64,000 nt of DNA from Eledone cirrhosa (Eukaryota). Location of the stretch: contig OZ024748.1 in the NCBI GenBank assembly GCA_964016885.1, positions 41,416,001 to 41,480,000 of the forward strand. The letters run 5' to 3'. Within the stretch, counting starts at the first letter, position 1; the number at the start of each line of letters is the position of its first letter. Positions 26,470 to 40,466 of this stretch are shown in pieces. A model generated the notes under the pieces. That model was given only the letters and a program-made list of their open reading frames with translations. It was not told the origin of the DNA and searched no databases. The translations under genes were made by a program, and so were the position numbers.

Positions 26470-27571
26470 TTACCAGTAGCACCAACTGGTGACCTGACAT
26501 ACATATATATATACATAGTGGGGGACTGGGTCTAAAAATATTGGTTGCCAGGAGACGAAGGGGTCCCACCTACATACAGAATGCTATCATTTAATTTTTA
26601 TAATGAATAAATAGCATTTTCGAAAAATACTTAAGTGGAAACAAAACAATCAAATTTTTGCGGAAAAATATCTTACCTTCTCCAATAAAAAGTATTATGC
26701 ATTTTGCGAAATCTAGAGACTTTCAATGATGACCAGAAGTTGACCCTAAATATTACTAATAGCTCTAGGAAAGCCATGAACAAAAAAAAATCTTTTTAAC
26801 TTGGATTTTGAAAGTAGGTTTATAATTATCAATTTTCATTATAGTTTTGTAGCTGTTTCAGTGGCCTAGTTGGAGGAATAATAGACGGTGGTGATCCTGG
26901 TCTGAAGTTCGATCCTGGCCGGGAGTAGGATTCCCGGTAAACCTTTTTCAGTCTTTTTTCTATTGGTTGTAAAATAAAAACTGAAGAGGTTACATGCATC
27001 TCTTGACCAGGATTGAACCCAAGACTAGGATCTCCACCATCTTCTACCACCAGGCCACAGAAACAACTACGAAAGTCTTAGGAAAATTCTTACTTATAAA
27101 CCTATTTTCAAAATTTCCAGAACAAAGTGTTGTGGTGTCGTCCATGTCTTTCTTAATGTCATTGCTCCTACTTAAGGACGACTTCTAAATCATTTGGGTG
27201 TTTCATAAACTACACATGTCTGTGTCTATATATGTATGTTTGCATGCATGAATGAATACACTAAGCTTTAGATTTAGTAGAATGTACAACCACTGATTCC
27301 AGCTATTTGCACTATCGTATATTTTGGTTTCTAGTAATTCCTTGGGGAATTGGTTGACCAAATGCTTTGGTTAATTGTTTTATTTATTTTTTTTAAATTT
27401 TATCTTTTCTCTTAGATTTCAGGTATTTTTTTAAAGCAAAGCATTGGCCCCTAAAATACTACTGTGGACCCCGCAATGTTACTGTGGGCTCTTGCAATGT
27501 TACCTTGGGCGCCCTGGGGTCCACTTGCCATTGGGCAACCTGGCCAGTCTGCCACTGTATGTATATATATA

Positions 27572-27906
<335 letters not shown>

Positions 27907-27939
27907 ATATATATATATGACAGGTGTGTGTGTGGGGGG

Positions 27940-27991
27940 GGGGGGGGGGCTGAAAAGTTCATAGGCTGACTATGAAGAAGTGGTGCTAGGG
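27940..27991 (+). mobile_element. mariner-like TIR fragment hosting the hAT insertion
   Basis: GGGGGCTGAAAAGTTCATAGG resembles a mariner-type terminal repeat. The sequence presumably resumes after 30887. Confidence 0.45.
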
Positions 27992-30879
27992 CAGGGGTCG
28001 GCAACCCCCGGCCCTCGAGTGATTTTTGTCCGGCCCGCCATCTTACACTGGACACTAATTATCTAATTAGTATCGAATACAGATACAGTAGTTCACTTCA
28101 AGGTTGTGCCGACCTGATGCCCATCACAAATCGCTGCTCATACCGTATATATTTACAGATACCTTTGTAACCTTATTCCATTTATTATTATTTCCTCTTA
28201 TCCATCTTTTTCTGGGCTTTCCGCCAAGCATTATATCACCTGTATTATTATTTCCTGTGATTTCATGTATGTGTTTTTGTTCCAGTCAACAAACACAAAT
28301 GTTGGCTGGAAGTATGCATTTTCGTCAGCGACTGGAAGGTATACTACCTTACGGTTCGCATGACTCGCTTTTATACCCATATTGTCATTCAATAAAATCA
28401 CTCGTGAATTATTGTCGTCTTCGATTGCCTGACCTTACCTGTGCCCGCCGCACAAGGTAAAGCTGTCCTTGGAAAAATTACTTCGTTCCCTCCTCCCCAG
28501 AGTATTTTCATTTGAGTTTGTTGTCTGGTGGTATAACAACTATACAGTGGGTATCTTTATTCGATAATAACGTTTTTTTAATTATTTGTGATAAATTGTG
28601 TGAATTATTATTATTAGAATTAGGCCAAAAGTGGTTTAAAAAAACAAATGTCAACCCTGATCTAACAACGTCGTTAGAAACCTGGTTTTATATAATTTAT
28701 TCACAATTATCATATTTTATCGCATTACTGTATTTGCATTTACATTTGTTTTCATTGTTTCTTATTTCTTCATTCTGATTATTATACTTTTTGTTCTTTT
28801 TCCTTTCCATAAATATTTTTTGTTTGAACAAAAACAAGCCCATGGAAGCTAAGAAAAGAAAAGTGGATTTAGAGTGCCGAACTTTTAACGATGGCTGGAC
28901 ACTTAGCTATTTTTTCATTGAGCACTTCGGAAAATGTGTTTGCTTAATTTGTCAAGAAACCATTGCCGTGAAGAAAGTTTCAAATATTAAACGGCACTAT
29001 GAAACTCGTCATAATCATTACAACAGTTTTACTAGAAAAGTTGAAGAAAGTGACCGAAACACTCGTGCTAGCTACGAGGTGTCAAAACTAGTTGCAGAAA
29101 GGATGAAACCTTTTACTGATGGAGATTTCTTCAAAGAATTATTGTTGAAGGTAGCAGATGTTGTTTGTCCAGTAAAAAGGGAATTATTTTCTGCGGTCAG
29201 CTTATCGGCAAGAACAGTAACAAGGTGAATTGAAGAGCTGGCAGTAAATGTCAGAAGTGGCTTGGAGGGCATTTTAAATAATCTGGAGTATTATTCCATT
29301 GCTATCGATGAAACCACAGATATGAACGATACTTGTCAACTTGCAGTATTTGTGAGGGGTGTAACACCAACATTTGATATTGTGGAAGAATTTGTACAAT
29401 TGATTCCTATGAAGGACACTAGCAATGGAGCAGATATTTTGGAAAGCATAATAAAATGGATTACCTAAATGAATCTGGATTTATCAAAGCTTTCTGGAGT
29501 AATCACAGATAGAGTACCAGCAATGGTTGGAGAGAAAAAGGGGTTGGTTGTATTGCTCCAAAACCACATCGGTATTGATAAAAAACTAATCAAACTTCAT
29601 TGCATTATTCATCAAGAAGCATTATGTGCAAAGTCACTGAATTTTAAGGACATCATGGCAGTGGTCGTGAAAACAATGAATTGTGTACTGTCAAGAGGAC
29701 TAAATCACCGCCAATTTCAAGAATTTCTAAAACAAATTGAAGCAGAGTATGGCGACCTTACATATTTTTCAAATGTTCAAAAGCCGCGAAAAATGATAGA
29801 ACGAGTATATGCATTGAGAGAAGAAATTTCTATGTTTTTAGAGAGCAAAAACCAAGATAATTCTTACTTTCAGGATCCACAGTGGGTTGTCAAGTTAGCT
29901 TTTTTAGTGGACATCACGACCCACATGAATACTTTGAATTTTGAGCTTCAAGGAAAGAACAAGGTTGTATTTGAGATGTTTGATCAAATTACTGCTTTTG
30001 AGAAAAAACTTCGACTGTGGGAATCACAACTTCAAAAAGGAAACTACTCTCATTTCCCGAGACTCCAATATCACAAGAGAGATATAATACCAGACATCTT
30101 TGTGAGCTCTATTAAGGATTTGAGAAGCGAGTTTTCCTCTCGTTTTGCTGACTTCCGGCAATATGGAACTCTATTTAAGTTATTTGGTACTCCTTACGAA
30201 ACAGATGTGGAGCAAGTGGCAGAAGAATATCAGTTGGAGTTAATTGACTTACAGTGCGACGAATCTTTGAATGCGAAATTTTAGTTCGAATCCACTGCTG
30301 ACTTCTACAAGAAATATATATTGCCAAGCGGAAAATATAAAAACATCTTGACTAATGCGAAACTGATGATATCATTATTTGGAAGTACATATGCTTGTGA
30401 ACAACTTTTTTCCAAAATGAAATATAGTAAAAGTAATTTAAGAACAAGGTTGCGTGACGACCACCTGGATGATGTTTTGCTCCTGTCATCGATAAATATT
30501 TCACCTGATGTGGAGAAGTTATCGCACAATAAGCAGAAACAAGTGTCTCATTGAATCATTTACCATTTCTAACTGTATTTCGTTTGTAGCAAGGAATTTG
30601 CTTTTATTTTTTGTTGATTGTGAGAGTAGTTGTTTTTCTGTTATTCCTGCAGTAAAATAAGGAATTTGCATTTTTTTTTGTTGAATGTGTTTGTAGTTTG
30701 TTTTTCTTTTTGTTATTCCTGCAGTAAAATAAGGGGCCTTGTTAAAATATAATTATATTAAATTCCTTGTTTTGATTTAAACCTCCAGAAAATTTATTTA
30801 CATATTTAATAACATGGCCCTCCTCCATGGCACTGCATAGCTGTTTGGCCCTCTCTCTCCAAAAGGTTGCCGCCCCCTG
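27992..30879 (+). mobile_element. complete hAT transposon (Charlie/Buster group)
   Basis: TIRs CAGGGGTCGGCAACC and GGTTGCCGCCCCCTG (1 mismatch). 8-bp TSD TGCTAGGG at 27984-27991 and 30880-30887, with the central TA typical of Buster-type hATs. Confidence 0.95.
28842..30554 (+). pseudogene. hAT transposase (SPIN/GTF2IRD2-like), decayed
   Basis: BED-like CLIC...RHYETRH, SIAIDETTD, HCIIHQEALC, FGSTYACEQLFSKMK and RLRDDHL. Four ORFs in one frame are separated by stops at 29226, 29466 and 30282. Confidence 0.92.
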
Positions 30880-31105
30880 TGCTAGGGTTAAAATCCATAG
30901 GTTGTCACGTTAACCAAAAATAACTCATCAATAAAATGTTAGAAAATACTCCAATCCCTAACAACTTTGAACTTTCTACTGGTGAGGAGGAGGGGGAGGA
31001 AGTGGAGGAGGAGGTAGATGATGATGATGATGATGATGTCCTTATTACCTTATTACACATCATGATGGTGTTGGTAATGATGATGATTATGATGATGATG
31101 TTGAT

Positions 31106-31292
31106 AATAGTTATTTCTACTTTTGTCACAAGGCCAGCAATTATCCCAGTACATTACTGGTACTTTATTTTATCGACCCTGTAAGGATGAAAGGCAAAGT
31201 TAACCTTTCATCGTTACAGGGTCGATAAAATAAAGTACCAGTAATACACTGGGGTAATTGCTGGCCTTGTGCCAAAAGTAGAAATAACTATT
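31106..31292. repeat. inverted pair of short-SINE 3' halves
   Basis: AATAGTTATTTCTACTTTTG...GACCCTGTAA pairs with TTACAGGGTCG...AGTAGAAATAACTATT. Confidence 0.85.
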
Positions 31293-31319
31293 TTGTGGAT
31301 TGGCAGAATCGGCAGAGCG

Positions 31320-31650
31320 TCGATGATGATGATAATGATGATGATGATGATGGCGGTAATGATAACAACGAGGAAGAGGACGACAGTGATAATGATGAGG
31401 AAGAGGATGATTATGATGATGATGTTTATGATGATGATGTTGTTAATGTTACTAATGATGATGTTGTTAATGTTACTGCTTGTGACGATGGTGATGATGA
31501 TGGTGTCACTAATGATAATGATAATGATACTGATGATGATGAAGTTAACGATGATGATGAAGTTAACGACGATGATGAAGTTAACGATGATGATGATGAT
31601 AATGTTTCTGATGACGATGGTGATGATGATGATGATATGGGTGATGTTAT
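31320..31650. repeat. degenerate (GAT)n microsatellite
   Basis: GAT/GAC/AAT triplets give the poly-D and poly-M ORFs. Confidence 0.85.
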
Positions 31651-32231
31651 ATAGCTAAAGAAGATGTTAGCAACAGTGACGAGTGTGTGACGCTCTACAA
31701 TGTCATGAAGGAGACATCAGTAGCGATGTAGTTAATAGCTTCTAGTGCTACAATGTTGAAATAAAAGAGTTCTTCGTTAATTGACGAGAATAAATCTTAT
31801 AATGCTGAAGTTATCAGGCCATTTGCCATTTACCATTTGCCAGAGAAAGTCCTTATGTTTTAGTGCCGGAACGGAAAAATCCTAATATTAGATTAGCAAT
31901 TCTTCAAATAATGGAGGCGGCACCGATTTTGGCAGAAGAAATTCGATTACACATTGGTTTTGCTCTTCAATTAAACGGAACTGGATCAAAGATTCTACAT
32001 GTTATATATTACGTAGATATAAACGATAATATGAAGAGCTTTCGGCAACAAATGGACGCTTTTTTTGTTGTGTTTTGGTGGAGACTTTTGGTTGTTTTTT
32101 TTTTTTTAAATTATTTTTCACATGCAACTATCTGGCTTTCTGCCTGTCTGTCTGTCTGTGTGTCTGTCTGTGTGTATACGTATGTGTGTGTGTGTCCGTG
32201 TTCGTGTGTGTTTACATATATATATATATAT

Positions 32232-32300
<69 letters not shown>

Positions 32301-32317
32301 TATGTATATACATATAC

Positions 32318-32378
<61 letters not shown>

Positions 32379-32429
32379 TATATATATACATATATATATA
32401 TATACACACATATATATAAATATATATAC

Positions 32430-32526
<97 letters not shown>

Positions 32527-33453
32527 CACACACACACACATACACACATATATATATATTAAAATATATGTATGTATGCATGTATGAAATAATATATTTC
32601 TCCATTGTACAGTGTCGTTTGCTTTGTTGTTTCTGTTTACTTTTTACATATGTGTGTGTATGTGTGTATGGAACAAAGTTTTTAAAATGATTTTATTGTA
32701 TATCGAACGTTCCATATGTTGCACAGATGATTGGCTCGAGGTCAAAATGTTTCTCTATGTCCGTTTTTTTTTCTAACAATCTTTTGTTCCTCTTCAGTCA
32801 TTATGCTTTTTACTTATCTCCCCATTACTCATTCCTTTTCATACATTAGTTGCCCCCCCCTCTCTCTCTTGTATATCTCTTTCTCTTTCTCACTCTTTTC
32901 CTTCTCTTCAAACACCCTACTGTTGTGCTGTTGTCATGACAACCGCTCTCTCTATTGCTATGTATTTCTCTTTGCCCCTTTTTAACCCCTCCGCCTCTTT
33001 TTCTCTCAATACCAAAATATACTCAGGTAGGACTCAATACTAGCTACTATGTTAGATAAGGACCTAAATATACCCAGGTAGGACTCAATACTTGATGCTA
33101 TGTTAGATGTAGGACTAAAAGTACCCAGGTAGGACTTAATACTATACTAGCTATTAAGTTAGATGTAGGACTCAGAGACTTTAGGAGATAAATAGGAGAT
33201 GACCATGGGAGATGAAAAGCATTTTGTTTGATAATGTAAATCATGTAGGAACTACGTTGTGTGCAGCAAATAAAGGACAGCCTGTGTGTAGGAGACATTG
33301 CTATTATAGGATAATTGTAATAACAGCTATATATGAGCGGAGGCGAGATCTCGCGAGATTACCATCAAAGGAATAATATAGCACGTTAGTTTGTTTCTGT
33401 AAATTTCAGTGATGGAAAAACAAGGGGAATCACTCGTGATGTATGGGTCATTA

Positions 33454-33505
<52 letters not shown>

Positions 33506-34014
33506 TGTGTGTGTGTATGAGTGTGTGTGTGTGTGTGTTTGTATGTCTGTGTGTGTGTATATATATATATATATAAAGAGAGAGAGAGAGAGAAAGGGAG
33601 AGAAGGGGAGTGAGAGAGCATGGTAAAGAAGAAACAACAACAACAACAACAACAACAATCGAATTATCTGTTATAGCAAAAACTATATCTAGTATTGCAT
33701 CAAAATTAATTCACTCACACATACAGATATATACGTGTGTGTATATATATATGAGTGTGTAGGTGCGCGCGTGTGTGTGTGTGTGTGTGTGTATATGTGT
33801 TCGTGTACGTGTGTGTGTGTGTGTGTAGGTGTGTGTGTTTACGTGTGTATGTGTGTAGGTGCGTGTGTGTGTAGGTGCGTGTGTGCTTACATTCCTTTCT
33901 GCATATGCTACAGCGAAAAAAAAATAGCCTTTTTCGGCTACAGCCAGTCATGCTTATCTCACACACACGTGGAAGGTGTTTAGATCAAGTGTGCCTGTGT
34001 TTGAAGATTTTTTA

Positions 34015-37000
34015 TGTCAAGAAAGACCTTACACTGGACCAGTCCCATTTACTGAACAAAGGTGGCAAGAAAAGTCTTACACTGGACCAGTCCCACTCTC
34101 TGAACAAAGGTGGCAAGGAAGGTCTTACACTGGACCAGTCCCACTCTCTCAACAAAGGTGACAAGAAAGAACTTACACTGGACCAGTCCCACTCTCTCAA
34201 CAAAGGTGACAAGAAAGACCTTACACTGGACAAGTCCCACTCTCTCAACAAAGGTGACAAGAAAGACCTTACACTGGACCAGTCCCACTCTCTCAACAAA
34301 GGTGACAAGAAATACCTTACACTGGACCAGTCCCACTCTCTCAACAAAGGTGACAAGAAAGACTTTACACTGGAACAATCACACTCTCTCAACAAAGGTG
34401 ACAAGAAAGACCTTACACTGGACCAGTCCCACTCTCTCAACAAAGGTGACAAGAAAGACCTTACACTGGACCAATCCTACTCTCTCAACAAAGGTGACAA
34501 GAAAGACCTTACACTGGACCAGTCCCACTCTCTCAACAAAGGTGACAAGAAAGACCTTACACTGGACCAGTCCCACTCTCTCAACAAAGGTGACAAGAAA
34601 AGCCTTACACTGGACCAGTCCCACTCTCTCAACAAACGTGACAAGAAATACCTTACACTGGACCAGTCCCACTCTCTCAACAAAGGTGACAAGAAAGACC
34701 TTACACTGGACCAGTCCCACTCTCTCAACAAAGGTGACAAGAAAAGCCTTACACTGGACCAGTCCCACTCTCTCAACAAACGTGACAAGAAATACCTTAC
34801 ACTGGACCAGTCCCACTCTCTCAACAAAGGTGACAAGAAAGACCTTACACTGGACCAGTCCCACTCTCTCAACAATGGTGAAAAAAAAGACCTTACACTG
34901 GACCAGTCCCACTCTCTCAACAAAGGTGACAAGAAAGACCTTACACTGGACCACTTTCACTCTCTCAACAATGGTGACAAGAAAGGTCTTACACTGGACC
35001 AGTCCCACTCTCTCAACAATGGTGACAAGTAAGCCCTTACACTGGACCAGTCCCACTCACTGAACAAAGGTGGCAAGGAAGGTCTTACACTGGAACAGTC
35101 CCACTCTCTAAACAAAGGTGACAAGAAAGCCCTTACACTGGACCAGTCTCACTCTCTCAACAAAGGTGACAAGAAAGATCTTACACTGGAACAGTCCCAC
35201 TCTCTCAACAAAGGTGACAAGAAAGACCTTACACTGAACCAGTCCCACTCTCTCAACAAAGGTGACAAGAAAGACCTTATACTGGACCAGTCCCACTCTC
35301 TAAACAAGGGTGACAAGAAAGACCTTACACTGGACCAGACCCACTCTCTCAACAAAGGTGACAAGAAAGACCTTACACTGGACCACTCACACTCTCTCAA
35401 CAATGGTGACAAGAAAGGTCTTACACTGGACCAGACCCACTCTCTCAACAATGGTGATAAGAAAGACCTTACACTGGACCAGTCCCACTCTCTCAACAAT
35501 GGTGACAAGAAAGACCTTACACTGGACCAGTCCTACTCTCTCAACAAAGATGACAAGAAAGACCTTACACTGGACCAGTCCCACTCTCTAAACAAAAGTG
35601 ACAAGAAAGACCTAACACTGGACCAGACCCACTCTCTCAACAAAGGTGACAAGAAAGACCTTACACTGGACCAGTCCCACTCTCAACAATGGTGACAAGA
35701 AAGACCTTACACTGGACCACTCTCACTCTCTCAACAAAGGTGACAAGAAAGGTCTTACACTGGACCAGTCCCACTCTCTAAACAAAAGTGACAAGAAAGA
35801 CCTAACACTGGACCAGTCCCACTCTCTAAACAAAAGTGACAAGAAAGACCTTACACTGGACCAGTCACACTCTCTCAACAATGGTGACAAGAAAGGTCTT
35901 ACACTGGACCAGTCCCATTCTCTCAACAAAGGTGACAAGAAAGACCTTACACTGGACCAGTCTCACTCTCTCAACAATGGTGACAAGAAAGGTCTTACAC
36001 TGGACCAGTCCCACTCTCTCAACAAAGGTGACAAGAAAGACCTTACGCTGGACCAGTCCCACTCTTTCAACAATGGTGACAAGAAAGGTCTTACACTGGA
36101 CCAGTCCCACTCTCTCAACAATGGTGATAAGAAAGACCTTACACTGGACCAGTCCCACTCTCTCAACAATGGTGACAAGAAAGACCTTACACTGGACCAG
36201 TCCCACTCCCTCAACAAAGGTGACAAGAAAAGACCTTACACTGGACCAGTCCCACTCTCTCAACAATGGTGACAAGAAAGACCTTACACTGGACCAGTCC
36301 CACTCTCTCAACAATGATGACAAGAAAGACCTTACACTGGACCAGTCCCACTCTCTCAACAATGGTGACAAGAAAGACCTTACACTGGACCAGTCCCACT
36401 CTCTCAACAATGGTGACAAGAAAGACCTTACACTGGACCAGTCCCACTCTCTCAACAAACGTGACAAGAAAGACCTTACACTGGACAGTCCCACTCTCTC
36501 AACAAACGTGACAAGAAATACCTTACACTGGACCAGTCCCACTCTCTCAACAAAGGTGACAAGAAAGACCTTACACTGGACCAGTCCCACTCTCTCAACA
36601 ATGGTGACAAGAAAGACCTTACACTGGACCAGTCCCACTCTCTCAACAAAGGTGACAAGAAAGGTCTTACACTGGACCAGTCCCACTCTCTCAACAATGG
36701 TGACAAGAAAGACCTTACACTGGACCAGTCCCACTCTCTCAACAAAGGTGACAAGAAAGGTCTTACACTGGACCAGTCCCACTCTCTCAACAATGGTGAC
36801 AAGAAAGACCTTACACTGGACCAGTCCCACTCTCTCAACAATGGTGATAAGAAAGACCTTACACTGGACCAGTCCCACTCTCTCAACAAAAGTGACAAGA
36901 AAGACCTTACACTGGACCAGTCCCACTCTCTGAACAAAGGTGACAAGAAAGACCTTACACTGGACCAGTCCCACTCTCTGAACAAAGGTGACAAGAAAGA

Positions 37001-39328
37001 CCTTACACTGGACTAGTCCCACTCTCTGAAGAAACGCGACAAGAAATACCTTACACTGGACCAGTCCCACTCTCTCAACAAAGGTGACAAGAAAGACCTT
37101 ACACTGGACCAGTCCCACTCTCTCAACAAAGGTGACAAGAAAGACCTTACACTGGACCAGTCCCACTCTCTCAACAAACGTGACAAGAAAGACCTTACAC
37201 TGGACCAGTCCCACTCTCTCAACAAAAGTGACAAGAAAGACCTTACACTGGACCAGTCCCACTCTCTGAACAAAGGTGACAAGAAAGACCTTACACTGGA
37301 CCAGTCCCACTCTCTGAACAAAGGTGACAAGAAAGACCTTACACTGGACTAGTCCCACTCTCTGAAGAAACGTGACAAGAAATACCTTACACTGGACCAG
37401 TCCCACTCTCTCAACAAAGGTGACAAGAAAGACCTTACACTGGACCAGTCCCACTCTCTCAACAAAGGTGACAAGAAAGACCTTACACTGGACCAGTCCC
37501 ACTCTCTCAACAAACGTGACAAGAAAGACCTTACACTGGACCAGTCCCACTCTCTCAACAAACGTGACAAGAAAGACCTTACACTGGACCAGTCCCACTC
37601 TCTCAACAATGGTGACAAGAAAGACCTTACACTGGACCAGTCCCACTCTCTCAACAATGGTGACAAGAAAGACCTTACACTGGACCAGTCCCACTCTCTC
37701 AACAATGGTGACAAGAAAGACCTTACACTGGACCAGTCCCACTCTCTCAACAAAGGTGACAAGAAAGGTCTTACACTGGACCAGTCCCACTCTCTCAACA
37801 ATGGTGACAAGAAAGACCTTACACTGGACCAGTCCCACTCTCTCAACAATGGTGACAAGAAAGACCTTACACTGGACCAGTCCCACTCTCTCAACAAAGG
37901 TGACAAGAAAGGTCTTACACTGGACCAGTCCCACTCTCTCAACAATGGTGACAAGAAAGACCTTACACTGGACCAGTCCCACTCTCTCAACAATGGTGAC
38001 AAGAAAGACCTTACACTGGACCAGTCCCACTCTCTGAACAAAGGTGACAAGAAAGACCTTACACTGGACCAGTCCCACTCTCTCAACAAAGGTGACAAGA
38101 AAGACCTTACACTGGACCAGTCCCACTCTCTCAACAAAGGTGACAAGAAAGGTCTTACACTGGACCAGTCCCACTCTCTGAACAAAGGTGACAAGAAAGA
38201 CCTTACACTGGACCAGTCCCACTCTCTCAACAAAGGTGACAAGAAAGACCTTACACTGGACCAGTCCCACTCTCTCAACAATGGTGACAAGAAAGACCTT
38301 ACACTGGACCAGTCCCACTCTCTGAACAAAGGTGACAAGAAAGACCTTACACTGGACCAGTCCTACTCTCTCAACAAATTTGACAAGAAAGACCTTACAC
38401 TGGACCAGTCCCACTCTCTCAACAATGGTGACAAGAAAGACCTTACACTGGACCAGTTCCACTCTCTGAACAAAGGTGACAAGAAAGACCTTACACTGGA
38501 CCAGTCCCACTCTCTCAACAAAGGTGACAAGAAAGACCTTACACTGGACCAGTCCCACTCTCTCCACAAATGTGACAAGAAAGACCTTACACTGGACCAG
38601 TCCCACTCTCTCAACAATGGTGACAAGAAAGGTCTTACACTGGACCAGTCCCACTCTCTCAACAATGGTGACAAGAAAGACCTTACACTGGACCAGTCAC
38701 ACTCTCTCAACAATGGTGACAAGAAAGGTCTTACACTGGACCAGTCCCATTCTCTCAACAAAGGTGACAAGAAAGACCTTACACTGGACCAGTCACACTC
38801 TCTCAACAATGGTGACAAGAAAGGTCTTACACTGGACCAGTCCCACTCTCTCAACAAAGGTGACAAGAAAGACCTTACACTGGACCAGTCCCACTCTCTC
38901 AACAATGGTGACAAGAAAGGTCTTACACTGGACCAGTCCCACTCTCTCAACAAAGGTGACAAGAAAGACCTTACACTGGACCAGTCCCACTCTCTCAACA
39001 ATGGTGACAAGAAAGACCTTACACTGGACCAGTCCCACTCACTGAACAAAGGTGACAAGAAAGGTCTTACACTGGACCAGTCCCACTCTCTCAACAAAGG
39101 TGACAAGAAAGACCTTACACTGGACCAGTCCCACTCACTGAACAAAGGTGACAAGAAAGGCCTTACACTGGACCAGTCCCACTCTCTGAACAAAGGTGAC
39201 AAGAAAGGCCTTACACTGGACCAGTCCCACTCTCTGAACAAAGGTGACAAGAAAGGCCTTACACTGGACCAGTCCCACTCTCTGAACAAAGGTGACAAGA
39301 AAGGCCTTACACTGGACCAGTCCCACTC
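34015..39328. repeat. 48-bp minisatellite, about 110 copies
   Basis: Unit GACAAGAAAGACCTTACACTGGACCAGTCCCACTCTCTCAACAAAGGT. Local 336-bp (7-mer) higher-order repeat at 37013/37349. Confidence 0.97.
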
Positions 39329-39441
39329 GTTAGGACTTCATTCTTGGAGAAGGAAGACTAATGTAAAACCTGTGACTCGAGGGCAGCCAATAATGTTAGC
39401 CTGTTTATAGATACCTGTCTCTGTTGTTCATACATACACAC

Positions 39442-39495
<54 letters not shown>

Positions 39496-39500
<5 letters not shown>

Positions 39501-39635
39501 AAAGTGTTTAACCCCGACGGCAGAGCTCAAGCTGTTTCGACTGCTTTTTCTGGACTAAATTAGAATTCTAATTTAGTCCAGAAATAGCCGTCGAAACGGC
39601 TTGAGCTCTGCTGTCGGGTTTAAACATTTTCCTAT
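39496..39635. repeat. 140-bp palindrome at the end of a dispersed repeat (39566-39718)
   Basis: Centred on GAATTC at 39563-39568. The same element lies on - at 56961-57089, with a fragment at 41835-41885. Confidence 0.85.
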
Positions 39636-40069
39636 TACCCACTCTACTACCCGAAGTATTGAGTACTCTGGTGCGTTATGGTCCATCTGGTTCCTTACCA
39701 CACCTCCTTCGTTATATATATATACATACATGGATACATACATGATGGTTGCAAACTCTACTAAGAGTATTGCAATCGCGAGTCAGATTATAGAGTTTGG
39801 TGCACCTTTAGGCTATGGCCAGCCACACAAACCTGTAACATCCTGAACAAGCAATGCCTGTGCTTTGAAGGTTTTTTAAGTGGAGAAAGGCCTTGCACTC
39901 GACCAATCCCACTCTCTGGGCATCGAAAACACTACCCGAAAAGGAGAACTGGTCAACATCATCGGATGCTTCCGAAGCCGCAGGATATTTTTTTTTTTTC
40001 AGAGTTTCAGAGTTTCAGAAAGATGTTGTGAAAAACAACAAAAACAAAAAAAACATATACATACATACA

Positions 40070-40233
40070 TACATCCACATCCACACATACAATAACATCC
40101 ATATCTACACATGCATACATACATATCCACCTAGTTGATGTTGTGTAAATTCCAATGTAAATTCTTGTGTCTATGTTAGAAAACGACTCTCTCTCTATTG
40201 GCAAACATTTGTGAAAATATAAAACCAGAAGAA
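40070..40233 (+). mobile_element. 3' UTR-only copy of the R4/Dong-like LINE
   Basis: Matches about 41208-41373 and ends AGAAGAA(CATA)n. Confidence 0.85.
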
Positions 40234-40311
40234 CATACATACATATATACATACGTACGTACGTACATACATACATACATACATACATACATACATACAT
40301 ACATACATACA

Positions 40312-40343
<32 letters not shown>

Positions 40344-40466
40344 CACATACATCCACACATACATCCATACATACATCCACACATACATATTTACATACAT
40401 ACATCCACACATACATACATACATACATACATACATACATACATACATACATACATACATACATAC

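Noticed and set aside
33875-39326. Long repetitive ORFs (up to 929 aa) or a CRISPR-like array
   Set aside because: Head-to-tail 48-bp units with no unique spacers, open in several frames on both strands, with frameshifting indels. It is a non-coding minisatellite.
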